A stretch of 32,000 nucleotides of DNA, taken from positions 1,320,001-1,352,000 of the forward strand of contig NC_007181.1 in NCBI RefSeq assembly GCF_000012285.1, read 5' to 3'. Shown piece after piece: positions 13,354-21,868 of this stretch. How positions within the stretch are numbered: position 1 is the first letter of the stretch; every line of letters begins with the position of its first letter. Origin of the DNA: Sulfolobus acidocaldarius DSM 639. Its GTDB lineage: Archaea; Thermoproteota; Thermoprotei_A; Sulfolobales; Sulfolobaceae. Made by a program: the position numbers and the translations under genes. Below the pieces are notes generated by a model. It worked only from the letters and a program-made list of their open reading frames with translations, had not been told where the DNA came from and did no database searches.

Positions 13354-15049
13354 GTACTATCACCTGTTTTAACTTTCCACCTGGAGGTAATGTGGGTAAA
13401 GCTAACTCCTCCTTATCTATAGGTAATCTAATTACAGAAGGAATATTCTCCTTTATAGCAATTTTTATGGACTTCTCCAATTCTTCATATGTTGTAGCGT
13501 TAAAACCAAGTGCTCCAAATGATTCAGCAAGCTTTACGAAGTCTGGCGAAGGTCCATAGTCTACTCCTACTATCCTTCTTCCAAAGAACAGGTCCTGAAC
13601 TTGCCTTACTAAACCTAAGGTTCTGTTATCAAATATTACGGATATTATGGGAATGTTTTCATCTACTGCAGTGGCTAAATTAGTTGCAGTCATCAGGAAT
13701 GATCCATCTCCGTCTAGATCTACAACTACTCTGTCTGGTTTTGCCAACTTTGCACCGATAGCTGCTGGCAGTCCAAATCCCATAGTTCCCATTCCTGTGG
13801 AGGAGAGAAAAGTTCTGGGTTCTAAAACATCCCAAAAAACTTCAGCCCACATTTGATGTTGCCCAACTCCTGTCGTTACTATTGAATTCCTAGGAATTGA
13901 GTTTCTTATAATCTTAAGTATTTTCCAAGGCTTCAGTTTATTGTTTTCCTCTATGTAGTAGAATTGTGAATAATATTCCTGATATTCTTTTATTCTCTTT
14001 ACCCACTCACTTTTATCGTTCTTTTTACCTACCTCTACTACAGCTTTTATTAGTTCTCTCAATAACGTCTTTGCATTACCCACAAGGTTTATGTCTACTT
14101 TTAATCCTCTTTCTCCATCGGTAGGGTCAACATTTACCATTATGAACTTTTTCTTAGTCTCTTTCATCTCGTCGTAAGATGTGATTGTCCTATCACTTAG
14201 TCTAGCTCCCACAACCAACATTACGTCTGATTCTAGGGCAGCCATTGATGCTTCCGCTCTTCCATAATATCCCATAGGACCAAAGTATAGTGGATGATCA
14301 TGAGGTATTGCACTTTTTCCAGGGAATGTCGATATTATAGGTGTATGCAATAGCTCTGCTAATTCAAGTATTTCCTCTGTAGCATTAGACCAGGTTGCCC
14401 CTGTTCCTGCTAATATTATGGGTCTCTCAGCGTTTATTAACAGTTCTGCAGCTTTCTTGATTTTTTGTCTATCTATAATCGTGGGGAATTCTCTGTAACC
14501 AGGAACTATAGGTTTTTCAGGCCATTTAACATCTTCCATTTTTTCATTTAGTATATCTCTAGGTATGTCAACTACTACTGGTCCCGGTCTTCCAGTTCCA
14601 GCGATATAGAATGCATTCTTTATCATTTGTGGCAATTCTTCTATTTTTTTAACTTCTATCACGTACTTTGTTATATGCTCAAAAATACCTATAGTGTCCG
14701 CCTCTTGAAAAGCCATCTTTCCAATTGACGGTCTTACTACTTGTCCTGCTATTGCAACTACAGGGGAGGAATCCCAGTAAGCAGATATTAATCCAGTTAC
14801 TAGATTGGTAACTCCTGGTCCTGAGGTTGCGGTGCAAACTCCTGGAAATCCTGATACTCTAGCATAAGCGTCTGCGGCATGTGCTGCAGCTTGCTCGTGT
14901 CTCATTAGAACATGTCTTAGTTCACCATTCTTTAGATCCTCTAGGAATGCGTCATATATGGGCATATTTGATAAACCTGGTATTCCAAAGATTACTTTTA
15001 CTCCTTCTCTTTTTAGAGAATCTACTACTATTCTAGCACCACTAGGCAT
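13331..15049 (-). CDS. ilvB: Acetolactate synthase large subunit
   Basis: ThDP enzyme with GDGSFLM...N motif (DLDGDGSFLMTATNLATAVDENIP). N-terminus ARIVVDSLKREGVKVIFGIPG. I prefer ATG 15049 (MPSGAR) to the track GTG 15058, because the TATA-like element sits about 27 nt upstream of 15049. Confidence 0.95.
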
Positions 15050-15070
15050 TATAAACACCTTCTAAGAATA

Positions 15071-15082
15071 TATTTAAATATA
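15071..15082 (-). promoter_or_regulatory. TATA-like box of the ilvB promoter
   Basis: On the minus strand TATATTTAAATA is centred about 27 nt upstream of the ilvB ATG at 15049, the spacing expected for a leaderless Sulfolobales transcript. Confidence 0.45.
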
Positions 15083-15099
15083 GATCTTTCTGTGTTAAA

Positions 15100-15120
15100 T
15101 TCTTCTGACTTATAGAAGAA
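15100..15120. repeat. Perfect 7-bp inverted repeat TTCTTCT-N7-AGAAGAA upstream of ilvB
   Basis: Read directly: 15100-15106 TTCTTCT and 15114-15120 AGAAGAA. Lies 51-71 nt upstream of the ilvB start and about 80 nt downstream of the HAD gene stop. Confidence 0.6.
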
Positions 15121-15201
15121 TATATGGGTACTATTATTAAATTTGGAGGGTATATTCACCCTTCATTTTTTTCACTTCGGCAATAATATCACTTTAAATT
15201 T

Positions 15202-15735
15202 TTAAGCATTATTGTATATCTTTTTACTTTCTTCCTTTAGTTTATAAATAGTTTTAATTTTTTCCAGTAGTTGAGTATAACTTGTGACATCAACCCACAT
15301 TTCTAAACAATTCACCTTCCCCACATATAGCCATATATTTCCGAAGTGAGATCTTCTATCATCAACAAATATAATTTCATCTGGTTTAATCTTAACATTC
15401 TTCAGCCTACTTAATTTATTTATTATTTCTATAATATAAAGAAATTTATAAGGATGTTCATTAGATACTATGACATCAAAGTAATCTTTTAATTTAAGAG
15501 TAGATAAAACAAGTTCTGTCTTTTCAGGTATGTTCCACGTTGCCATAGCTGTAAACAATCCCATTTGTCTAATTTCAGACAATGTTTCCCTAACATTTTC
15601 AAATAATCTTAATTTGTTACCTATTGAGTCTTCAACACTATTTTCATCAATTAATCTTATTGGAGGTCGAAAAATTGAGATATTTGAATGGGTCCATAAT
15701 GTCTTATCCGCATCGAAGACCACTAATTTTATCAT
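15202..15735 (-). CDS. HAD-superfamily phosphatase, capless MDP-1-like
   Basis: 177 aa. Motif [11 protein letters not shown] (DxDxT), a later IFVDDR acidic motif, and no cap domain. ATGA overlap with the upstream GTPase gene. Confidence 0.7.
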   Translation of the reverse strand: MIKLVVFDADKTLWTHSNISIFRPPIRLIDENSVEDSIGNKLRLFENVRETLSEIRQMGLFTAMATWNIPEKTELVLSTLKLKDYFDVIVSNEHPYKFLYIIEIINKLSRLKNVKIKPDEIIFVDDRRSHFGNIWLYVGKVNCLEMWVDVTSYTQLLEKIKTIYKLKEESKKIYNNA

Positions 15736-16511
15736 TTGTTAACGTTTTCAGGTAGTAAATAATAAATTATTTTGCCTTCATGATAATCCCTTATAAAAGC
15801 CTTGGCTGCTTCATCTATGTTAGGTTCATGACTGGTCTTTAGAATCCATCCTCTCTTTAGTGCAAGTTTTTCCAAGAAATCCAAGTAATTAGAGTAATCT
15901 ATTTTATACGTATTTCTAAGAACGCTTTTATCTATTCCTTCTATTCTCTCTATTAACAATTTTGCTCCTCTAACTGGATCCTCCAGCTTATCCACATTTG
16001 CTCCTCTTATGATTCTTTCAAGCTCGTTGCCATCAGGGGGTATTATCCCAGGTGTATCCCATGCAAATATTCTGTTATCTATTCTGAAAAGCTGAATACT
16101 TCTTGTATATCCATAGCTCATAGGGTGTTTAGAGGTAGTTGCTGAATGCCGTCCCTTTAAGGCGTTTATTATTGAAGACTTTCCAGTCTTTGGATAACCA
16201 ATGAAAATTATTTTACCTTCACCCTCTATCAGTTCCTTAATTTTCTCTCTGAGAACCTTTGTACCTAGATGTCGTGTGGCTGATATGTATATTGTAGGTA
16301 TACCTTCATTTTCCTCTATGAATTTTTTCCATTTCTCTAAAACTTCTACAGGGATCAAGTCTCCTTTGTTTAAGACTATGAGTAATTTCTTTTGATTCTC
16401 CATCACGTAGTTTTCTAGTCGCTTAGATCTGGTGAGATCAGGTTCTCTTGCGTCCAATACCTCTACTACAAGATCTGATTTCCTGATGTAAGCGAGAATC
16501 TGTTTAATCAT
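15732..16511 (-). CDS. Circularly permuted GTPase (YlqF/RbgA/Nug-like, probable ribosome biogenesis factor)
   Basis: 259 aa. G motifs are in permuted order: NKGD (G4), then GYPKTGKSS (G1), then DTPG (G3). Confidence 0.8.
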   Translation of the reverse strand: MIKQILAYIRKSDLVVEVLDAREPDLTRSKRLENYVMENQKKLLIVLNKGDLIPVEVLEKWKKFIEENEGIPTIYISATRHLGTKVLREKIKELIEGEGKIIFIGYPKTGKSSIINALKGRHSATTSKHPMSYGYTRSIQLFRIDNRIFAWDTPGIIPPDGNELERIIRGANVDKLEDPVRGAKLLIERIEGIDKSVLRNTYKIDYSNYLDFLEKLALKRGWILKTSHEPNIDEAAKAFIRDYHEGKIIYYLLPENVNK

Positions 16512-16546
16512 TTACTTTATTTTAGTTTAGTACCCTAATTAATAGT

Positions 16547-17497
16547 ATGCCAATAGGTAGTATAGTGCCTTTCGATAAAGGTGTTTTCGAGGGTACCATC
16601 GATTATGACTTTCTAGTAAGTCCTGTAAAATTAGGAAGCTCAGATAAGGAAGTGACATATTCCTTTAGTGTTGACTATAAGCCACAAAAGGTTTACCTGG
16701 TAATCAATATTGAGAGAAATAAGGAAGTTAACCCACGATGGAGAGTCTGGCTTAATGATTTCTCACTTACAAAGGAGTTTAAGCCTAACATAGATGTAGA
16801 AGATTCCAATAAAAGGTTCTCAACCGTAATCTTTGATGTTTCACCTCTAGTAAGACAAGGTAAAAATGATGTATCAGTAGTATACAAGGAACTTCAACAG
16901 ATTAGTCTGGTTAATATAGGACATATAGTATTTTATCCTGCTCAAGATTTCAAAACATATTATGAACTTATGGCTGGAACTATGCTAATAAAGCCACAAG
17001 AAGTGTTAAATCTAAATTGCAATGGAGAGTGTTACCTAATTGTCAGGAATTCAAATAAGGATGGAGTACTTCAGATAGAGGACAAGAAATTTGATAGTAG
17101 GGTAGATTTAATAGACCTTCTTGTTCAGAAAAAGGGAAATATAGCAGTTGGCTTTAGTTGTGGAAATAACGTAAAGGCAAGTGCACACTTGCTCACATTT
17201 TACAATCTTAATTATGTTATTCCTAAGATCGTCCTTGACGTACAGGCGGAAGTCGTTAACTACTCTTTAACAGTAAAATTACTAAATGAGGGCGATGTCG
17301 ACTTAGATAAAGTAATTGTGAATGTTCTTCTGAACGGTGCATCAATAAGTTTCAAATCATTTGAAAACGTTAAGAAAGGCGAACTCAGGACATTTACTTT
17401 GCCTTTGCAGCCTAAAAAAGGTACAATCAACGTAAGAGTTGTAGGGATTAGAGCGGGGTATAGAAAATCGTTTGATAAAACCTTATCATATTCTTAA
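16547..17497 (+). CDS. Uncharacterised cytoplasmic beta-rich protein (jelly-roll-like N domain, CARDB-like C domain)
   Basis: 316 aa with no signal peptide or TM segment. N-terminal RVWLNDFSLTKEF...VIFDVSPLVRQGKNDVSVVY resembles the sugar-binding jelly-roll pattern (vxvNG...fxfDiTxxlxxGxNxlxV). C-terminal SLTVKLLNEGDVDLDKVIVNVLLNG...GELRTFTLPL resembles CARDB/Ig-like modules. Pattern-level evidence only. Confidence 0.6.
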   Translation: MPIGSIVPFDKGVFEGTIDYDFLVSPVKLGSSDKEVTYSFSVDYKPQKVYLVINIERNKEVNPRWRVWLNDFSLTKEFKPNIDVEDSNKRFSTVIFDVSPLVRQGKNDVSVVYKELQQISLVNIGHIVFYPAQDFKTYYELMAGTMLIKPQEVLNLNCNGECYLIVRNSNKDGVLQIEDKKFDSRVDLIDLLVQKKGNIAVGFSCGNNVKASAHLLTFYNLNYVIPKIVLDVQAEVVNYSLTVKLLNEGDVDLDKVIVNVLLNGASISFKSFENVKKGELRTFTLPLQPKKGTINVRVVGIRAGYRKSFDKTLSYS

Positions 17498-18313
17498 ACT
17501 TCCCAATGTGAAGACGATTAAGGTTCCTATAGCGTAAATTTTCATTAAGCTCCTAGCTTTTGTAGCACTTTCTATAGTGTTGTGGAGAATCAATATGTAT
17601 ACAAGGAGAACATCTAGTGCTAAAATGCCTATGAGATATATTACATTAAATCCAAGAAAATAGGGTAAAGGTGAGGTGAATATTAGGATTCCAAGAATAA
17701 TTTTAGCTATTATCCAAGTACTTTTCTCCCCCAATTTCACTGCCAACGTATTTACACCATTTCGTTTATCTCCTTCAATGTCCTCTATTCCCTTTACGAA
17801 TTCTCTCGATAAGGTGAAGAAGAAGATGTAAATTGTGGGAATTATGAAGTTACCCAAAAGTGAACCACTTGCTAGTCCACCGTAATACGCAGAGAGCGCA
17901 CTGGTAAGAGCTACGATAAAGTTTCCCACTAAGCCTAGTTTCTTCAATGACCTTGCATATTCATATAGTAGTACTATAGTTATGAGTGCAAAGCCAAAAG
18001 GAATCAATCCTAGAGGAATTGAAATTATTAGCCCAACAGCGAATAGTACAATGGAGAACCTTCTAGCTATGTTTACTGCAATCCTACCAGAGGGTAAGGG
18101 TCTTTCTGGCTTATTTATTTTATCAACTTCTATGTCGTAGACATCATTGATTACATAACCACCAGCTGCTATTAGGCTTACCACAAGTAGCGGGAGAAAG
18201 AAAAGTGGTGTAAACTTCCACGTGGTTGCTATTACATAGCCCATGAAGGCTGAAACTGCAGAACCTACGACGTTATGTACTCTGATCAGTTCCAAGTAAG
18301 CTTTAACACTCAT
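17486..18313 (-). CDS. UbiA-family prenyltransferase, probable digeranylgeranylglyceryl phosphate (DGGGP) synthase
   Basis: 275 aa polytopic membrane protein. Asp-rich motifs NDVYDIEVDKINKPERPLPSG and KGIEDIEGDKRNG. Same size and genomic neighbourhood as the S. solfataricus DGGGP synthase, as I recall it. Confidence 0.8.
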   Translation of the reverse strand: MSVKAYLELIRVHNVVGSAVSAFMGYVIATTWKFTPLFFLPLLVVSLIAAGGYVINDVYDIEVDKINKPERPLPSGRIAVNIARRFSIVLFAVGLIISIPLGLIPFGFALITIVLLYEYARSLKKLGLVGNFIVALTSALSAYYGGLASGSLLGNFIIPTIYIFFFTLSREFVKGIEDIEGDKRNGVNTLAVKLGEKSTWIIAKIILGILIFTSPLPYFLGFNVIYLIGILALDVLLVYILILHNTIESATKARSLMKIYAIGTLIVFTLGSLRI

Positions 18314-18356
18314 GTTGAATTATTATATAGTAATGGAATTTATAAGGTGAAGCTTA

Positions 18357-18569
18357 TTGCCAGAGGACGAATTAGAGAAGGCGAAGAAATATTTCCAGAA
18401 CGTAGTTTCCGTAGGCGAGATTTTAGCGGTCAGGGAATTAAAGGCTCTTGGAATAAGTGATCCAGAGAAAGTTATTAATAAACTAATTGAGTTAGGATTC
18501 ATAGAAAAAGGTGAGGGATGTTATAATTTAATCAGGGAGAGGTCTAAAGATTCTGCGAGGAATAAGTGA
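18357..18569 (+). CDS. Small hypothetical protein, possible winged-helix fold
   Basis: 70 aa, TTG start. [39 protein letters not shown] looks like helix-turn-helix plus wing. TTATTATATA at 18321-18330 lies about 27-36 nt upstream. Its 3' end overlaps the convergent GGR-like gene by 42 nt. Confidence 0.45.
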   Translation: MPEDELEKAKKYFQNVVSVGEILAVRELKALGISDPEKVINKLIELGFIEKGEGCYNLIRERSKDSARNK

Positions 18570-19475
18570 ATGTAAATCAAATTCTGTATCTATATTTATA
18601 GTTCTCTCATTTAGAATATAAAAGAGAGATCTTAGTGTAGTTCCCCACATTTTCTCTACAAGATTAAACAAAGTAAGTTGTCTGTTAATCTCCTTTTTCA
18701 ACTGATTGAATTTTTCCTTGTATAGTCTCTCGTCATCCTCGTATACTATTTTTTTCAATCCTTCTAACATCTCAGATATGGAGAAAATTCCGCCACCTGT
18801 TGAAATTTTTACAAGACCCAGAACGTCTCCTATACCGTTTCTTATGAAAGTAGGATGCGCTCTTGGAATTCCACCACCGTGGATATCTAAAACTCTGGCA
18901 TCTAGTTTAGGAATAAATTTTTTCGGGTCGTCATAACCTAATGCACCGACGAGGGTGCCATAAGGTAGAGGAACAATCCAACTAAACCCACCTACATTAT
19001 TTCTGTTGAAGAACACGTGTATGTCCTCCATTTCTACTGGTTCTGTAAGGTACTCTATTGCCTTAACCCATTTTGATCTTCCCTTCCAACCACTTGCAAT
19101 TATTACTTTATCTGCTGTTATTTTCTCGTTATTATTTGTGATTACTTCTTTTTCATTTTTTACTATAGCGTCTGTTTTTAATTTTACATCTAGATCTTGT
19201 GCCAAGCTCTGCTCTAACTTATATCTATTTAATCTAATTAGGTCAGCTCTAATTTGTATTTTTTTATTTTCATAGTGAAGAATTATAGATTTAAACTCTC
19301 TATCTATAAATTCTCTTGATATATCTAGTTTTTCAAAGGTCTTCCTGCTTATAATTCCAGTGCACTTCTTCCCCACAAAAGGTTTTCTATCAAATACGAT
19401 TGGGTTCACATCAGAAATATGGTGACCAACTATAAGACCTGCTATACCTCCTCCAGCTATTAAAACTCTGATGAT
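18528..19475 (-). CDS. Short geranylgeranyl-reductase-family FAD oxidoreductase (5' boundary unresolved)
   Basis: GGR-family motifs: GKKCTGIIS (catalytic Cys region), [27 protein letters not shown]. The track starts at GTG 19409, but the same frame is open up to the TAG at 19478-19476 and encodes [22 protein letters not shown], the Rossmann GxGxxG motif. I therefore extend the gene to 19475. Confidence 0.7.
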   Translation of the reverse strand: MIRVLIAGGGIAGLIVGHHISDVNPIVFDRKPFVGKKCTGIISRKTFEKLDISREFIDREFKSIILHYENKKIQIRADLIRLNRYKLEQSLAQDLDVKLKTDAIVKNEKEVITNNNEKITADKVIIASGWKGRSKWVKAIEYLTEPVEMEDIHVFFNRNNVGGFSWIVPLPYGTLVGALGYDDPKKFIPKLDARVLDIHGGGIPRAHPTFIRNGIGDVLGLVKISTGGGIFSISEMLEGLKKIVYEDDERLYKEKFNQLKKEINRQLTLFNLVEKMWGTTLRSLFYILNERTINIDTEFDLHSLIPRRIFRPLPD

Positions 19476-19828
19476 CTATCAGCCTCATTCATAGTATATC
19501 TCCTGGCCTTTAATTCTTTAACTATGTATAGGAAGGCTTTTCTGGGATCTGTGTGTGATCCACAGGAATAAACATCTACAGTAGCAAAATTATACTCAGG
19601 CCAGGTGTGAATTGTAATGTGGCTCTCGAGAACTATAGCCACAATACTTACACCATCACCAATTTTCCAAGCTTTCACATCAAGGAGTGTCATATTACCC
19701 TCTTCTGCTGCTTTTCTTACTATCTGTTCTAATACCTTCTGTTCTCCCAGCACTGTTGTATCGCACTCATATAGTGAGCCGTATACTTGTTTGCCTATGA
19801 CTCTAGGAAGACTAACAACCCCCATCAT
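19460..19828 (-). CDS. speH: S-adenosylmethionine decarboxylase proenzyme (pyruvoyl-dependent, SpeH type)
   Basis: 122 aa. Self-processing site [14 protein letters not shown] and motif GSLYECD. Crenarchaea also carry a SpeH paralog that works as arginine decarboxylase. The neighbourhood matches the AdoMetDC copy in S. solfataricus as I recall, but substrate cannot be read from sequence alone. Confidence 0.8.
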   Translation of the reverse strand: MMGVVSLPRVIGKQVYGSLYECDTTVLGEQKVLEQIVRKAAEEGNMTLLDVKAWKIGDGVSIVAIVLESHITIHTWPEYNFATVDVYSCGSHTDPRKAFLYIVKELKARRYTMNEADRSSEF

Positions 19829-20057
19829 CCCAACCCCCCATACTATTGATAGGGGGTATCATACTTATTTAAATTTTTAACTCGTACTTTACACATGTTT
19901 TAAAGGCATTTTTTCATATGAATAGTATGTTACGGTCACAGAATTAACGTATATCCTTAAATTAGCTCTTCTGAGTATTTTCCCTTTTCTTCATTAGATT
20001 GTTACTCTATTGATGTAATTTTATATGGTATGGTTACCAATTATTTTTAGATTTGAA
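19829..20057. promoter_or_regulatory. Largest non-coding region of the window: divergent speH / DUF211 control region
   Basis: 229 bp if DUF211 starts at GTG 20058. AAATTTAAATAA (minus strand, 19866-19877) is a TATA-like element for speH. TTTTATAT at 20020-20027 is a TATA-like element for DUF211. The region contains the C6/G5 hairpin and the repeats described in the findings. Confidence 0.45.
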
Positions 20058-20339
20058 GTGGTTATTAGAAGACTGGTGCTTGACGTATTAAAACCTATAA
20101 GAGGTATTTCTATAGTAGAACTTGCAAACAAAATTTCCACTTTGGAAGGAGTGGATGGTGTTAATATAAGCGTAATAGACATGGACGTCGAAACCATGGG
20201 TCTTATGATAGTAATAGAGGGTAATAATATAGATTTCGAGGAAGTGAAGAAGACACTTGAAGAACAAGGATGTGCCATACACAGCATAGATGAAGTGGTG
20301 AGTGGGAATAAGTTAGTTGAGGGGAGAAAAGAGAAATGA
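20058..20339 (+). CDS. DUF211 / COG1888 family protein (function unknown)
   Basis: [54 protein letters not shown] matches the DUF211 pattern I recall ([11 protein letters not shown]...). GTG 20058 gives 93 aa, typical for the family. The track ATG 20025 lies inside the TATA-like TTTTATATGG. Confidence 0.7.
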   Translation: MVIRRLVLDVLKPIRGISIVELANKISTLEGVDGVNISVIDMDVETMGLMIVIEGNNIDFEEVKKTLEEQGCAIHSIDEVVSGNKLVEGRKEK

Positions 20340-21298
20340 AGTGTAGTTTATGCGGAGTGAGAGATGCTGAGATATACCAGGCTCATAAGGGTAGGTCTCT
20401 ATGTAGGTATTGTTTTATAGAAGATATAAGGGACAGGGTGAAAAGGGAGATAGAAAGGTTAGGTTTATCTAGAGCTAGCAAAATAGTACTTGCAGTATCT
20501 GGTGGTAAGGATAGTTATGTCCTGGCAGATACATTAGCCTCTTTTATTGATCATGATAAGTTGGTCGCGTATAATATAATTGAAGGAATAAGTGGATACA
20601 ATAGAGTAGAACAGGTGATTCAGTTTAAGAACTTTCTAAATGAGTTAGGGATAGAGTTAATAGAGGACAGTTTTGAGAAAAGTGTAGGTTTCACCTTAGA
20701 CCAAATGGTGGCTAATTCTAAAAAGAGAAATCTAAATGTGTCAGCTTGTACATTTTGTGGCGGATTTAGGAGAAAATTGATAAACACAGCAGGTCTTAAG
20801 TTGAATGGGGACTACGTTGCCACCGGTCACAATTTAGATGATGAAGTTCAGGCTATTATGTTGAATGTGATTAGAGGTGATCTAATTAGGTTGATAAGAT
20901 TTGGTGATAAACCCATCAAACTTAGTTCCAGGTTTGTACTTAGAGTGAAACCACTAAGGAGGATATATGAATGGGAAACCACAATGTATGCATACTATAA
21001 GGGTTATAAGTTTCAGGAAGTTGAATGCCCTTACATAGAGTTGAAACCCACACTGAGAGCAAAGGTAAGAGAACTATTGTACGCGTTAGAAGAGAAAAGA
21101 CCAGGTACTCTGTTACAGATATTAGACACCTTCGATATTATAGCAGAAAGAGTCAGGAGTGGTAGTAGCTTTAAAGATGAACTACCAAGGTGTAAAATTT
21201 GTGGTGATCCTACCAGTTATGGTAGGGAAATATGTAAAAATTGTGAACTTTTGATTAACTCAGGATTGCTTAATTACCAGAATTTTCCTATGTCATAA
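20336..21298 (+). CDS. TtuA/NcsA-family PP-loop tRNA 2-thiolation enzyme
   Basis: 320 aa. N-terminal Zn finger CSLCG...CRYC, PP-loop SGGKDS, Fe-S ligand region CTFCGGFRR, and C-terminal Zn finger CKICG...CKNC. ATGA overlap with the DUF211 stop. Confidence 0.8.
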   Translation: MKCSLCGVRDAEIYQAHKGRSLCRYCFIEDIRDRVKREIERLGLSRASKIVLAVSGGKDSYVLADTLASFIDHDKLVAYNIIEGISGYNRVEQVIQFKNFLNELGIELIEDSFEKSVGFTLDQMVANSKKRNLNVSACTFCGGFRRKLINTAGLKLNGDYVATGHNLDDEVQAIMLNVIRGDLIRLIRFGDKPIKLSSRFVLRVKPLRRIYEWETTMYAYYKGYKFQEVECPYIELKPTLRAKVRELLYALEEKRPGTLLQILDTFDIIAERVRSGSSFKDELPRCKICGDPTSYGREICKNCELLINSGLLNYQNFPMS

Positions 21299-21807
21299 TA
21301 CTTTTCTTGCACGTTTTTCCTCTTATTCGCAACCAATGCCATAGCAAATAGTAATGATGACAATCTATTCAGATAAACTATGTTTTGTTTGTTTAGTTCT
21401 TGTAGTTCCTTAGAATACCTGACCATATTTCTCTCAACTCTTCTACAGACTGTCCTGGTAATATGAAGTAAGGAAGCCTCCTCTGATCCTCCAGGTATCA
21501 CAAATAGTTTTACAGGACCACTTTCTTTTCTGTAGGCTATAGTTCTCTCCTCAATCCATTTTACGTAACTTTCATCGATTTTCTTTTTCTTACTATCACT
21601 AGCTATATCTTCTCCGACCTCAAACAGGTGGACTTGAATTTTTTGGAGGTCCTCTTTCATATCTTCCCATGATAGTCGTGTAATGGTGTAACCTATATGT
21701 GAGTTCAGCTCATCAATGTCTCCTAAAAGTTCAACTACCGGCGAATCCTTGCCAACCTTTTTGTTTACTATACTTGTTTTTCCATCATCACCTGATCTAG
21801 TAAACAT
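21274..21807 (-). CDS. PduO-type ATP:cob(I)alamin adenosyltransferase
   Basis: 177 aa. N-terminus [12 protein letters not shown] and four-helix-bundle body (..[13 protein letters not shown].., ..[10 protein letters not shown]..). The family is structurally characterised in S. tokodaii (ST1454), as I recall. Confidence 0.88.
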   Translation of the reverse strand: MFTRSGDDGKTSIVNKKVGKDSPVVELLGDIDELNSHIGYTITRLSWEDMKEDLQKIQVHLFEVGEDIASDSKKKKIDESYVKWIEERTIAYRKESGPVKLFVIPGGSEEASLLHITRTVCRRVERNMVRYSKELQELNKQNIVYLNRLSSLLFAMALVANKRKNVQEKYYDIGKFW

Positions 21808-21868
21808 GTTTAATGTTTTTATATTAAGTGATATATATACGTGTTTTGGTGAGCGTTTATTTCGAATT
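21808..21868 (+). promoter_or_regulatory. leuS promoter region
   Basis: TTTTTATATTAAG at 21816-21828 and ATATATATAC at 21831-21840 are TATA-like. The second is centred about 30 nt upstream of ATG 21869. Confidence 0.4.

Noticed and set aside
15202-15735. HAD phosphatase as the missing histidinol-phosphate phosphatase
   Set aside because: The only link is that both belong to capless HAD subfamilies. The gene is 10 kb from the his operon and coupled to a GTPase gene. There is no sequence evidence for that substrate.
18275-18460. 61-aa plus-strand ORF spanning the DGGGP synthase start and the 70-aa gene
   Set aside because: It begins inside the minus-strand UbiA gene and runs out of frame through the better-supported 18357..18569 ORF. 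It has no motif support.
19915-19978. Possible C/D box sRNA in the speH-DUF211 spacer (ATGAATA ... CTGA)
   Set aside because: The candidate C box differs from RUGAUGA at two positions. No D' or C' boxes appear at the required spacing on either strand.
21841-21852. In-frame GTG 21841 followed by TTT TGG TGA, then the LeuRS frame, suggesting possible stop-codon readthrough
   Set aside because: It requires TGA recoding, and I see no supporting element. The missing-T frameshift from ATG 21869 is simpler and yields a natural N-terminus. It remains a formal alternative under the leuS finding.
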